This document shows, one piece after another, positions 17,801 to 26,735 of a stretch of 64,000 nt of DNA (position 1 is its first letter; each line of letters opens with the position of its first letter). The translations under genes and the position numbers were made by a program. Origin of the DNA: a virus (taxonomy: Duplodnaviria; Caudoviricetes). The stretch spans positions 1 through 64,000 of IMG/VR virus record IMGVR_UViG_3300017560_000009; one strand, written 5' to 3'. The notes below the pieces were generated by a model. It had not been told where the DNA came from. It saw only the letters and a list, made by a program, of their open reading frames with translations, and made no database searches.

Positions 17801-20317
17801 GCCGAGGGCATCTCGGCGATGGCTGAGTCCATGGTGGCCACGCTGCGCACCGTGCAGCACTCGGTGCAGGAGCAAGACAAGGCCGGCCGTGAAGCCGAAC
17901 AAGCCCGCAAGACTGAGGCCTCTGCGGTCTACAGTCAGTCGCCTGAAGCCCAGGCGCTGGGCAGCGAGGTGCAGGCTGTGATCCAGGGCGTAAACCGCGC
18001 CATGGCCAGCCGTGCCTCTGGAGCCTCGCAGCCGTTCGATGCGCTGTGGAACGCGGTCAAGATGGCTGAAAGCGGTGGCAAGCAGTTCGACGCCAACGGC
18101 AATCCGCTGACCAGCCCCAAGGGCGCTATCGGGATCTCGCAGCTCATGCCGAACACCGCGCCGGACGCCGCACGTCTGGCTGGTGTGGAGTGGGATGAGA
18201 ACGCCTACAAGACCGACGCGGCCTACAACGAGAAGCTGGGTCAGGCCTACCTGAAGTCTCTGCTGTCGCGCTACGGCGGCAACCAGATGCTGGCCACGTC
18301 CGCCTACAACTGGGGCATGGGCAACGTCGATAAGCTGCTGGCCAAGGGTGATCCTCGGACCCCTGGTTCTGGTGTGACCTCGACCGACTTCATGATGAAT
18401 CTGCCGGCCGAGACGCGGAACTACAACATGCGAACCGGGACGGCGGACTACGCCACCGGCCTCGGCGTGTATGGTGCCTTCAACAGCCTGCAAGCCAACA
18501 AGCAGATGGCTTCAGCCCGCACAGAAGCCGGCGACATGCTGCGTAGACTGACGACCATGCTGGAAGAAGCCACGAAGAGCGGCAACGACCAGATGATCGC
18601 CACGATCAACGAGCAGATCAAGCTGTTGAACGAATCTAAGAGCAGCATCGACAAGGTGTATGCAGGGTCTCGTGCCGCTGCTGAACAAGCTATCAACCGT
18701 ACTTCGGTTGCTCAACAACGGAGCATCGCTGAACAGATTGAACAGTCCCGTCGTGAAGCTGCGAACGAGAAGGATCCTGAAGTGGTTCAGGCTATCTTCG
18801 AGCGCATCAAGGCTCTCACGAATATGTCTTATGACGCCGAGATTGATAAGCTGAAGAAGACGAACGAGGCCAAGTACAACGCGGCTACGGGAACCAGCGA
18901 GTACACCGAGGACGTGAACGACCAGCTCCTGGCTATTCAAGCCAAGAGAGAAGCGGATATCGCCAAGGAGTCGGAGAACCAAAAGCATGAAATGGAGAAG
19001 CGCTACGACATCATCGCTGATCGTAGGCTTGCCACCAACATGCGTTCTGATCGTGTTGCGTTTCAACGCTTCATGGACGCCATTGAAGCTCGTCGCAAGG
19101 CTACCAGCAAGGCTCTTGCAGCTGAACTCAATAGCGCCGAGATTGACTCCGGCCTGCGCGGCTATCAGCGTGATCAGAAGATGATGAGTGATCCGCGCTA
19201 CGCCTCCCAGTACAGCGGGGTACAGCGCAACTACCTGACGACGCAGATTGCTGATGCTCAAGACGTGACTGACCGTGCTCAGTACGCGCTTGTGACCGCT
19301 CGTCTGAAGCAGATGGAACGAGATGCTGAATCCTTGAAGGAACAGCTCAACTCGTACACCGAACGCCTCGGGACTGAAGGACTCGAAGATGGTTCGCTCT
19401 ATCAGAAGCGCAGCGGTCTTCTGGAAAGCTCCAACGAGTACCGTATGGTCACGAAGGAGATTGACGAAGCAAACCGTCAACGTCGTGATGTCACGGAGCA
19501 AATCAACAAGCTGGAAACGGATCGTTTGCCGGTGCTCGAACAGCAGAAGAACCTGTACGAGACCATCAGCCGTCAGAAGCCGGCCCCCGTCAGCTTCTCC
19601 GAAGGGATGAAGCAGGCCAACGAGAACTTCCTTCGTGACAACGACGAAACGGCCACGGCTATCGACGGCTATGGCCAGTTCTTGTCCACGTCGAAGAACT
19701 CGCTGGCCACCTTCCTGTCGGACGTGGCCACTCGATCCAAGACTGCTGGCGAGGCCTTCAAGGACTTTGGCCTGAGCGTGGCGCGTTCCATGATGGACAT
19801 CGCCAACCAGTATCTGGCCATGGCCGCAATCAAAGGCCTGATAGGGCTGGTATCGGGGGTTGTAGGCGGCGCTGCCGGAGGCGGCGGTTCTGCGGGCGCT
19901 GGTGACGTGTTTACGCCCACCACGACTGGTTTTGCCAACCAGGGTGGCGTGGCCCGCGCTGGGGGCTTCTATCGCTTCGCCAATGGGGGCAAGGTGCCTG
20001 GAGGCATGCCGCGTGACTCTGTACGCGCTCTGCTGCGCCCTGGTGAGGTGGTGATGAACACGGACGCCGTGTCGGCGGTCGGCGAAGACTTCCTGACCGG
20101 CCTGAACACCTACGGTCGCCGCGAGGTCCAAACCAGCGCGCCGCCTCGTCTGCCGCAGACGAAGCGCGAGCCGGACATGACCAACGTGTACATCGTGGCT
20201 CCAGGCCAGCAGCCGTCCATGGGTCCGAAGGACGTACTGGTCACGCTGCAAGATGATGTCTTGCGTGGTGGTCAAACCAAGAAACTGATTCGCCAAGTTG
20301 CGATGGGAGAGATTTAA
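14843..20317 (+). CDS. Tape measure protein with an internal lytic transglycosylase (SLT) domain
   Basis: 1824 aa, Ala/helix-rich with a TP901-like core; SLT motifs AES (Glu at 18068), GAIGISQLMP and AYNWG at ~18040-18330. Confidence 0.9.
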   Translation: MATSNQVDKGQVDITLNQQVFDDVRKLESSLQGVLKTLNSVSSAFKGMSIPGVSSTDTRSANLGSQIAILTRDVRSLLAAARQSGAITQAGPQAAYQSSFNQGRVQAQAQASRYGNSRVDLEIANAQVKAAERRFELLKSQDVLEEASRRRAVNSIGMQTQARRELANMEKSQLDYSKALVANDEQAARLAKQEILNGRQRLDQLESELKLRQAGARVRMANAMDTGSTRGADTAASQMRAVQESLTQVREASRQSELAMRAAERTAEANRRQRRVTQEREERAAERAAAAYGPNNDTRLQARDRAANAAQQAAYRPARMAVMQTQLLANYTATRTLMDSMRAGIQFTLQYEEELMHLRTITKATDDQMKGLQSTIEAVSNTTRYSADDLTNAAAALSETGVTINQMAGSLKAVSDLATATGANFTMAVNTVTGSLGAFKMSANDTEDVANMIAQAVNSSRLTMDKLKTSIETAGETASQAGVSFKEFLAAAATISDSGTGTGQTLGNGMRQLLLDLENPSKGLKDSLSRLGLVEEDINVKTQGLYGALMNLKTAGFTASDAMNVFEARSSSAFNALTSNLQKMELFQETLLNTDAATRANADQMQTLGAQFDRVKNQTNLLVSEALKPMAVVLTNVFEVIADGEGKLKEMSVLVQGVGALLAGGAFAVGLKYAASLLGGIAGLLVPGGSILRATTWAAALGPIGLYVGAVSAAAAGVAYLVMQLTKGEDAFEKQRTKVNESKATLQETTQAYDTIGRRITNVQDKMIAMNRDTSGAMLRREVNDVAKQFEEYGVTLDRSAIKKTEDLIDALQRLRSELGKRYAIDASIMANDLETLTLRAQDKSGKLATTSRNRPFADGTLDKTFALPDLYAGYSTLEFMLGTAGRTGKRLGTTLGGRDSTGYIPLQEGLNSNNIQSIVQYLKDSGIEGTEGVGAGLMEAFGLNGKAFPNDAGSIGQAISAFSQLNRQAARQRSSSADGSMEFRRAEGISAMAESMVATLRTVQHSVQEQDKAGREAEQARKTEASAVYSQSPEAQALGSEVQAVIQGVNRAMASRASGASQPFDALWNAVKMAESGGKQFDANGNPLTSPKGAIGISQLMPNTAPDAARLAGVEWDENAYKTDAAYNEKLGQAYLKSLLSRYGGNQMLATSAYNWGMGNVDKLLAKGDPRTPGSGVTSTDFMMNLPAETRNYNMRTGTADYATGLGVYGAFNSLQANKQMASARTEAGDMLRRLTTMLEEATKSGNDQMIATINEQIKLLNESKSSIDKVYAGSRAAAEQAINRTSVAQQRSIAEQIEQSRREAANEKDPEVVQAIFERIKALTNMSYDAEIDKLKKTNEAKYNAATGTSEYTEDVNDQLLAIQAKREADIAKESENQKHEMEKRYDIIADRRLATNMRSDRVAFQRFMDAIEARRKATSKALAAELNSAEIDSGLRGYQRDQKMMSDPRYASQYSGVQRNYLTTQIADAQDVTDRAQYALVTARLKQMERDAESLKEQLNSYTERLGTEGLEDGSLYQKRSGLLESSNEYRMVTKEIDEANRQRRDVTEQINKLETDRLPVLEQQKNLYETISRQKPAPVSFSEGMKQANENFLRDNDETATAIDGYGQFLSTSKNSLATFLSDVATRSKTAGEAFKDFGLSVARSMMDIANQYLAMAAIKGLIGLVSGVVGGAAGGGGSAGAGDVFTPTTTGFANQGGVARAGGFYRFANGGKVPGGMPRDSVRALLRPGEVVMNTDAVSAVGEDFLTGLNTYGRREVQTSAPPRLPQTKREPDMTNVYIVAPGQQPSMGPKDVLVTLQDDVLRGGQTKKLIRQVAMGEI

Positions 20318-20712
20318 TGGCGCTGCAAGATGACATCTTCAGCTTCCCCGCCCACACCGTGTCGGAGAAGTACCCGCAGAGCGGCCTGCGGGTACAGCTC
20401 GGGAACTCGTATCAGTTCGATTCCCCTCCGAGCGGGCCTGATCAACGCACCTTCACGCTCAACTTCGAATCCATGGTTCGACTGCTGGGAGAAGACGGGA
20501 AGATGGACACCACCACGATGCAGGAGGTGAATGCTGGCGCGTTGCTGATGTTCTATGAGAATCATCGGCTGTACAAGCCCTTCACGTACCCGCACCCCTG
20601 GTTGGGGGACATCATCGTGAAGTTCAACGCCCCGTTGGAATTGCCCAAGGGGATTAAGAACGGGGGAGGGTGGACTGAACCCTTCTCCATCGAACTTATT
20701 GAGCAACCATGA
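20317..20712 (+). CDS. Distal tail protein (lambda gpM-like)
   Basis: Follows the TMP; GNSYQF and YKPFTYPHP are minor-tail-M-like. Confidence 0.65.
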   Translation: MALQDDIFSFPAHTVSEKYPQSGLRVQLGNSYQFDSPPSGPDQRTFTLNFESMVRLLGEDGKMDTTTMQEVNAGALLMFYENHRLYKPFTYPHPWLGDIIVKFNAPLELPKGIKNGGGWTEPFSIELIEQP

Positions 20713-21206
20713 GAGCTGATCTTCCTGTTGATCACGTCATTGATGCGTTCGAGCTGGTCGGCAAGGCCCAGGTCGATCTGGTAAAGATCGAACTGAACCA
20801 GAACAGCGGCGGCACGATCATCTGCATCAATCCTTCGGTGGACCGCGTGTGGCAAGGCCGCACCTGGGAGTTCATACCTTTCACCATCCAAGGTGAGGGT
20901 GTGAGCACCCAGGGTGAAGCCAAGCGCCCGAAGTTCTCGGTGGCCAACCCTGATGGTGCGTTCTCGGCCTTTATCGCTCAAGGCAAGATGGACAACGCGA
21001 CCATCACGAGGTATCGGGTCAACGTCGAAGACGTGATCAACAACGTGAACCGTTTTCAGATGAATGTGTGGCGTATTTCGAGGGTCATGTCGATGGGCAA
21101 GCCCACTGCGACCTTCGAACTGCGCTCACCCCTTGATGGTCAATTCTTCCTCTTGCCGGCTGACGCCTTCTATCCCCCGGAGTACCCTCATGTCTCTCTT
21201 CAGTAA
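20709..21206 (+). CDS. Minor tail protein L-like
   Basis: WEFIPFTIQG..STQG..KRPKFSVAN and TFELRSPLD resemble gpL; no C-terminal Cys cluster. Confidence 0.7.
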   Translation: MRADLPVDHVIDAFELVGKAQVDLVKIELNQNSGGTIICINPSVDRVWQGRTWEFIPFTIQGEGVSTQGEAKRPKFSVANPDGAFSAFIAQGKMDNATITRYRVNVEDVINNVNRFQMNVWRISRVMSMGKPTATFELRSPLDGQFFLLPADAFYPPEYPHVSLQ

Positions 21207-21738
21207 GTACATCGTCGGCTTCGAGGGCATCGAGTACGTGGAAGGCCGTCAGGACTGCTACCAGCTCGTGCGCAGCTGGTTCAAGAAGCACTACGACCTG
21301 CCGATGGTCAACTATGCCCGCCCCAACGGCCTCGTGGTCCAAGGGGAATCCGTGATCTACAAGAACATGGAAGCCCTGGGCTTCTACCTTGATCAATCTG
21401 CGCAGCTGAACCGCCTCCAGATCGGGGACGTGCTGATGATGCAGGTCAATACGCGCATGCCCGAACCGAACCATGTTGGCGTCTACGTCGGCAACGGCTA
21501 CTTCCTGCACCATCTGTTCGGCCGCAAGTCCGTGGCGGACACGCTGGACGCCCGCTGGCGCGCCCGCGTCATGGATGTGTGCCGGCACGCCGATGTGGTG
21601 GAACAGAACCGAAATGGCCCCATTGAAACCGTGAGCATCCTCGACCTGATGACTCCGCAAATACGAGCACGCTATGAAAGAGAATCTGCTGGCCCTGTGG
21701 GTATCGACCCTGGAACGTTGCGGCCTAATACTCCGTGA
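21190..21738 (+). CDS. NlpC/P60 tail-tip protein
   Basis: GRQDCYQLVR (Cys), NHVGVYVG (His), FLHH. Confidence 0.85.
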   Translation: MSLFSKYIVGFEGIEYVEGRQDCYQLVRSWFKKHYDLPMVNYARPNGLVVQGESVIYKNMEALGFYLDQSAQLNRLQIGDVLMMQVNTRMPEPNHVGVYVGNGYFLHHLFGRKSVADTLDARWRARVMDVCRHADVVEQNRNGPIETVSILDLMTPQIRARYERESAGPVGIDPGTLRPNTP

Positions 21739-22042
21739 CGGAACCATCATTGAATGTCAAAATGTTCATGAAGATCCGCACATCGGGGTGGAGATCTCAG
21801 CAGCAGATCTCGTGAGGTACAAGGACGAAGCAATAGCCACATGGCATACCCACCCCGACTCTGGTTCGAACCTGTCGCCTGAAGACTATACGGCGTTCAC
21901 GAACTGGCCAGATTGGAGGCACTACATCGTTTCAGAGAAGGACGTGTGGTGCTACTACGTAAGAAATAACCTTGTGGTGTTGTTCGATGAAGAAGATCCA
22001 TCTCCTTGGCTACCTGAACAAGTTCCATCCTCGACCCATTGA
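21674..22042 (+). CDS. JAB/MPN metalloprotease-like tail protein
   Basis: ERCG...WHTHPDSGSNLSPED (HxH-x7-S-x2-D). Confidence 0.85.
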   Translation: MKENLLALWVSTLERCGLILRDGTIIECQNVHEDPHIGVEISAADLVRYKDEAIATWHTHPDSGSNLSPEDYTAFTNWPDWRHYIVSEKDVWCYYVRNNLVVLFDEEDPSPWLPEQVPSSTH

Positions 22043-22601
22043 GGTCGAAGCTGAGAGCGTATCGGAGGCCTTGATCGCTCTCAAGTACGTCAAAGGCATC
22101 GACACTGAAACGATGGAGAAGAGAGTCGTGCGCGTCCTGGGCTTCGATTCCCAGGATGCGTTGAACGCGAAGACCGACGTGGTTGATATCTATGTCGTAC
22201 CGTCTCTGCGAGGCGCTGGCGGCAAGAGCGGGGGTATCTTCCAGATCATCGTCGGCATCGTCCTGGTAGTGGTAGGAGCGCTGACCTCCTGGTCCGGGGG
22301 TGGCGCACTGATGGCCTCTGGTATCTCGATGATCGCTGGCGGGATCATTGCCATGCTGGCCCCAACACCGAAAATCTCCAAGAACGATTCTGATGGGGGA
22401 ACGTCGCTCTTCATCCCGGCGACCCAGAACACGGTCAAGATCGGAACTCGCAAGCCCATTCTCTATGGCCGTATCAAGCACTTCGGCCATTACCTCTCGT
22501 TCAACGTCGATGCCAAGCGCTATGACGAAACGCCCCTGAACATTGCCGGCTACTGCAACAGCACCGGCTCGGGCCAAGATAACCTTTGCGTGATTTATTA
22601 A
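21987..22601 (+). CDS. Tail assembly protein I-like
   Basis: Ubiquitin-like N-terminus, GAGGKSGGIFQIIVGIVLVVVG hydrophobic stretch and PILYG motif. Confidence 0.8.
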   Translation: MKKIHLLGYLNKFHPRPIEVEAESVSEALIALKYVKGIDTETMEKRVVRVLGFDSQDALNAKTDVVDIYVVPSLRGAGGKSGGIFQIIVGIVLVVVGALTSWSGGGALMASGISMIAGGIIAMLAPTPKISKNDSDGGTSLFIPATQNTVKIGTRKPILYGRIKHFGHYLSFNVDAKRYDETPLNIAGYCNSTGSGQDNLCVIY

Positions 22602-25600
22602 ATGCAGATCGCACCTTTCCGTGGGGCGGGAGGCGGTGGCGGCGGTGGGGGATCTTATGATCGCACCAACGACAACCTGTTTTCCCGAGATACCGTCGAG
22701 CTGGTCCTTGGACTGAGCGTCGGCCCGATCCGTGGTTTGACGGGAGGGATGAAGACCTTCTATGTCGGCGGAACGCCTCTCATGGCCGAAGCCGGAACCA
22801 TGAACTTTGAATCTTTCAACCTGGGCCTGAAGCTCGGGTATGAAAGTGACACGCCCGTGAGCTACAAGCTCGGCGGCGAAGCCTCCAACAAGCAGGTCGG
22901 TACGAAGCTGGCCCAGAACTCGTGGATCACTCGCCAGACCGAAGCTTCGCTGCGCGGTGTGATCGACCAGATCCAAGTTCGTCTCACGATCTCGCAGCTG
23001 TACTATCAAGACGAAGACGGCATCTACAACAACACCGCTCAGTTTTATATCCAATACAAGCCGGCCTCATCGGGCTGGTGGCAGAACTACGGCGGTGGTC
23101 TGACCCAGCTTCATGGCAAGACCATGAGCGGGTACTACGTGGACTACGTGTTCGACGTGCCGCGCATTGACGACGACTGGCTGGTTCGAGTCATGAAGGT
23201 TAACCCGGACAACAACAATGACGTTGTGGCCGATCTCGCCTGGGAAAGCTATCAAGTCATCACGAAGCAGAACCGCCGCTACAACAAACTGGCGCTGGTC
23301 CATATCGTCGCGCTGGCGACTAGCCAGTTCGGGTCGATCCCTGACTTCTCCGGCATCTATGATGGCCGCTTGATTTCGATCCCAACCAATTACAACCCTG
23401 ACCTGCACATCTACGATGAGCTGGTTCCGTGGAACGGTACGTTCAAGACTGGCTGGACGAACAATCCGGCCTGGATCCTTTGGGATCTGATCATGAACAC
23501 CGACTACGGCCTGCGGAAATACTATCCTCACATCACGGCCAACCGCTACGACTTCTACGAGGCGGCGAAGTGGTGTGACGCACCCGTGCCTAATGGCAAG
23601 GGCGGGTATCAACCTCGCTATACGTGCAACATCGCACTGACCGAAGCGAGGAACGGTCTGGAGATGCTGCAATGGATCGCCGGCAGCTTCGGTGCCGTGA
23701 TCTTCGATGACGCAACTGGTCAGATCTACCTGCGTGTGGACAAATGGGAAGAGCCGAAGATGCTCTTCACACCGGAGAACGTCGAGAACGGGGAGTTCAA
23801 CTACAGCTTCACCGACCTCACCACGCGCTACAACGACTACAAGGTCCAGTTCACGAACCCTGATCTGGACTGGAATACCGACCAGCGCCGCGTGAAGAGC
23901 GATGCTCACATCACGGCCTATGGCAACATCGACACCGAGATGGTCATGGTCGGTTGCACGGACGAGCACGAAGCGCTGCGCCGTGGCTACTATCGCCTGA
24001 TCACGTCCACAACCGAGACTGCTTCCGTCTCGTTCACCACAGCGCGCCTGGGAAAGATCGTTGATCCTTACACCATCGTTGCCATTGCCGACCCCACCCC
24101 TGGCTGGTCGATGCCTGGGCGCATCAAGCGCTACCACAACAGCTACATCGAGCTGCGCGACCCGATCTACTTCCTGGCTCAACAGAACTACACGCTGACG
24201 CTCCAGACCGTGGATGGACTGGTGAAGGTCGTGGTGGATCCCGAGCAAGTCGGTACGGTGTACAAGCTGCGCGTGGTCTCCGGCTACGTGCCTGATGGCC
24301 TGCCGGATCGCACGGTCTACACCATCGAAGACAACGGCAACTTCGGCATCGCCAAGCCGTTCCGTATCGTTGACTGGGAGTCCGTGGATGGAAGCCCGGA
24401 CAAGTTCCGCTTCACCGCCGTCGAGGTCAACCGCAACAAGCAGGTCGGCGCGGACAACTGCACTCCTGTAGGCAGCGTCCAGTATTCGTTCAAGAACCCG
24501 CTGATCCCACCGCCTCCGACGAACATCAAGGCCGAGTCTGGCACCGAGTATCTGATGATCTCGCAAGACGGCTCCTTGATGGCTCGCATCTTTGCATCTT
24601 GGGAAGCCCCGCCTAACGTGCTCATCGAGCGCTACGACATCCACTGGAAGGAAAGCCGGCTCTCCACCTGGAACTCAGCCACCAGCCCTGCGGAAAGCGT
24701 GTTGCTTGGTCCGTGCGAGAGCGGTGTGGCCTACGACATCGTGGTCTGGGCCGTGAACTCGTTCGGCAACCGTTCCGCCGCGCTGACGCTGTTCAACTAC
24801 GTGGTGGTGGGCAAGAGCGATCCTCCGTCGAACGTGAAGAACTTCACGATCCGTCGCCGCGCCAATGACATCCTGCTGCGCTGGGATGCGATCCCTGACC
24901 TGGACCGCAAGGGCTACGAGATCCGGCAAGGCACGAACTGGGAAACTGCGACCGTGCTGGTCACGGACTACGCCGCTACACAGTTTGCGTGGACCACGAC
25001 CGAAGGAGGCAGCTACACCTTCTTGATCCGCGCCATCGACACGTCGGGCAACTTCTCGCTGCTGCCCACGGCCCAGACGATCTATATCCAAGGCCCGAGC
25101 GCGGTCACAGGCGTGATCGCCATCCAGTCGAACAACCGGATCGAACTGCGCTGGACGCCGAACCCGGAAGACAACATCCTGGAGTACGAGATCCGCGAGG
25201 GCTTCTCGTGGGGTACAGGCGTGTTCTTGGCCAAGGTGAAGTCCACCAGCTACAGCATGACGGCAGGTTCGTCTGGCACGCGCATGTTCTGGCTGAAGGC
25301 CATCGCCTCGCCTGGGGTGTATTCGGAACGCGCCACGTTCGTCACCACGGACATCGCGCAGCTGGACAACGCCAACATCATCTACACCACGGATGAGGTG
25401 GTCAACGGCTTCACTGGCACGCGATACAACATGGTCGTGACCGGCGATACGCTGCGCATGGACGATGGCCGCGCCCACGCCGAGTACATCTTCCCGGTCG
25501 TGCTACCTACGGTCTTCCGCGCCCAGAACACGCTGTTCGTTGGCCTGGACGCCATCGTGGACCAGAGCACGCGCTGGGTCGATGCGACGTACCCCTGGAC

Positions 25601-26204
25601 CGACGCCCGCGCCCAGACACCGTGGACAATCCCTGGCGACATCTCGTCCATTGGCTACAAGGCCGAGATCGCTGTGCGCAAGGGCTTCCCGGACAACATC
25701 CGGCATTCGATCACCTTCAACGGCACGCTGGTATCGGAAGGCCCAGCCGGCTACAACCCAGCTCCCGTCGTCTCGATGGACAACATCACGTATGCCACCG
25801 GCAAGTTCGGCCAAGGCTTGTACGTGCGAGGTGGAGACGGTGATAACCCGCTGCTGAAGACGATGCTGCTGCTGTCAACGCCGCTGCCTTCGGTATTCAC
25901 CTACGGCGGTTGGTTCCGCATCATGTCGGATGAGAACCAGGCCTTGACTACGCTGCACACTGACTCGTCTGGCCACTCGCTGTATTACAGCAAGACCCTA
26001 GAATCCCTCATATGGGGAGGCGCGGACGGCAACAGCTTGTACATCCCGTTCAAGCCGGAACTGGGTGAACGTTATCTGATGATGATGGTTCAAGATACCG
26101 CCAATCGTCGCCTGTATTTGGGCCGAGAAGATAAGACCTTTGTTCGCATTGAAATGTCAGCGGCTCCGTTTGAAACTGTGCAGTATCTGAGGTACACGAC
26201 ATGA
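22602..26204 (+). CDS. Tail tip/host-specificity protein J-like with FN3 repeats and a C-terminal LamG-like domain
   Basis: WTNNPAWILWDL, RYTCN, FN3-like PSNVKNF/YEIR repeats and GKFGQGLY. Confidence 0.85.
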   Translation: MQIAPFRGAGGGGGGGGSYDRTNDNLFSRDTVELVLGLSVGPIRGLTGGMKTFYVGGTPLMAEAGTMNFESFNLGLKLGYESDTPVSYKLGGEASNKQVGTKLAQNSWITRQTEASLRGVIDQIQVRLTISQLYYQDEDGIYNNTAQFYIQYKPASSGWWQNYGGGLTQLHGKTMSGYYVDYVFDVPRIDDDWLVRVMKVNPDNNNDVVADLAWESYQVITKQNRRYNKLALVHIVALATSQFGSIPDFSGIYDGRLISIPTNYNPDLHIYDELVPWNGTFKTGWTNNPAWILWDLIMNTDYGLRKYYPHITANRYDFYEAAKWCDAPVPNGKGGYQPRYTCNIALTEARNGLEMLQWIAGSFGAVIFDDATGQIYLRVDKWEEPKMLFTPENVENGEFNYSFTDLTTRYNDYKVQFTNPDLDWNTDQRRVKSDAHITAYGNIDTEMVMVGCTDEHEALRRGYYRLITSTTETASVSFTTARLGKIVDPYTIVAIADPTPGWSMPGRIKRYHNSYIELRDPIYFLAQQNYTLTLQTVDGLVKVVVDPEQVGTVYKLRVVSGYVPDGLPDRTVYTIEDNGNFGIAKPFRIVDWESVDGSPDKFRFTAVEVNRNKQVGADNCTPVGSVQYSFKNPLIPPPPTNIKAESGTEYLMISQDGSLMARIFASWEAPPNVLIERYDIHWKESRLSTWNSATSPAESVLLGPCESGVAYDIVVWAVNSFGNRSAALTLFNYVVVGKSDPPSNVKNFTIRRRANDILLRWDAIPDLDRKGYEIRQGTNWETATVLVTDYAATQFAWTTTEGGSYTFLIRAIDTSGNFSLLPTAQTIYIQGPSAVTGVIAIQSNNRIELRWTPNPEDNILEYEIREGFSWGTGVFLAKVKSTSYSMTAGSSGTRMFWLKAIASPGVYSERATFVTTDIAQLDNANIIYTTDEVVNGFTGTRYNMVVTGDTLRMDDGRAHAEYIFPVVLPTVFRAQNTLFVGLDAIVDQSTRWVDATYPWTDARAQTPWTIPGDISSIGYKAEIAVRKGFPDNIRHSITFNGTLVSEGPAGYNPAPVVSMDNITYATGKFGQGLYVRGGDGDNPLLKTMLLLSTPLPSVFTYGGWFRIMSDENQALTTLHTDSSGHSLYYSKTLESLIWGGADGNSLYIPFKPELGERYLMMMVQDTANRRLYLGREDKTFVRIEMSAAPFETVQYLRYTT

Positions 26205-26674
26205 GCATCATCGTTTCCGACGTTTTCACGAGTCCTCAAGCCCTTACGTTTGACGACTTCCTGGAGATGTTGAATAACCAATCGCCTGTCGGGTTCAGCC
26301 CCTTCCAGCAGTTCGTGGCGGGAGACTATGAATACGACAAGGCGCTTTACCGGATCTCGATGAGTTCAACTTCCGGGGACCGAGGCATCATCACGAAGCT
26401 TCAAGTGGACGTGGACGTTCCTGACATGCTGGACCGTGGCCGAGTCACCATCACGCCGGCTGAAGCTGCGGCCGGATTGAAGTGGGTTCCGTTCACTCGT
26501 CCCTTCCACGTCCCACCTGTGCCGCTGGCTACCGTGATGAGCGCGTCTTACCCGTGCGTGGCCCGCATCCCCCAGGCCAACGTGACACGATCAGGCTTCA
26601 TGGTCTCGCTTCAGAAAACGGACGGATCCGGAGGCACGGACGGCGTGCTTACCTGGGCCGCGCACTCGTATTAA
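26201..26674 (+). CDS. Tail-tip accessory protein
   Basis: ATGA overlap with J; the C-terminal VPFTRPFHVPP...VTRSGFMVSL...LTWAAHSY is typical of fibre beta-sandwich tails. Confidence 0.55.
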   Translation: MSIIVSDVFTSPQALTFDDFLEMLNNQSPVGFSPFQQFVAGDYEYDKALYRISMSSTSGDRGIITKLQVDVDVPDMLDRGRVTITPAEAAAGLKWVPFTRPFHVPPVPLATVMSASYPCVARIPQANVTRSGFMVSLQKTDGSGGTDGVLTWAAHSY

Positions 26675-26735
26675 ACCTGGGCTTTGTCAAGGCTCCCGGA
26701 TAAAATCGCATCATTGATCAACGGAAGAATTCAAC

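Noticed and set aside
15029-18493. Very long antisense ORFs (1154 aa here; also 34733-37588, 18512-20296, 23067-24644 and others)
   Set aside because: These are shadow frames of GC-biased genes on the opposite strand, with no motifs or RBS.
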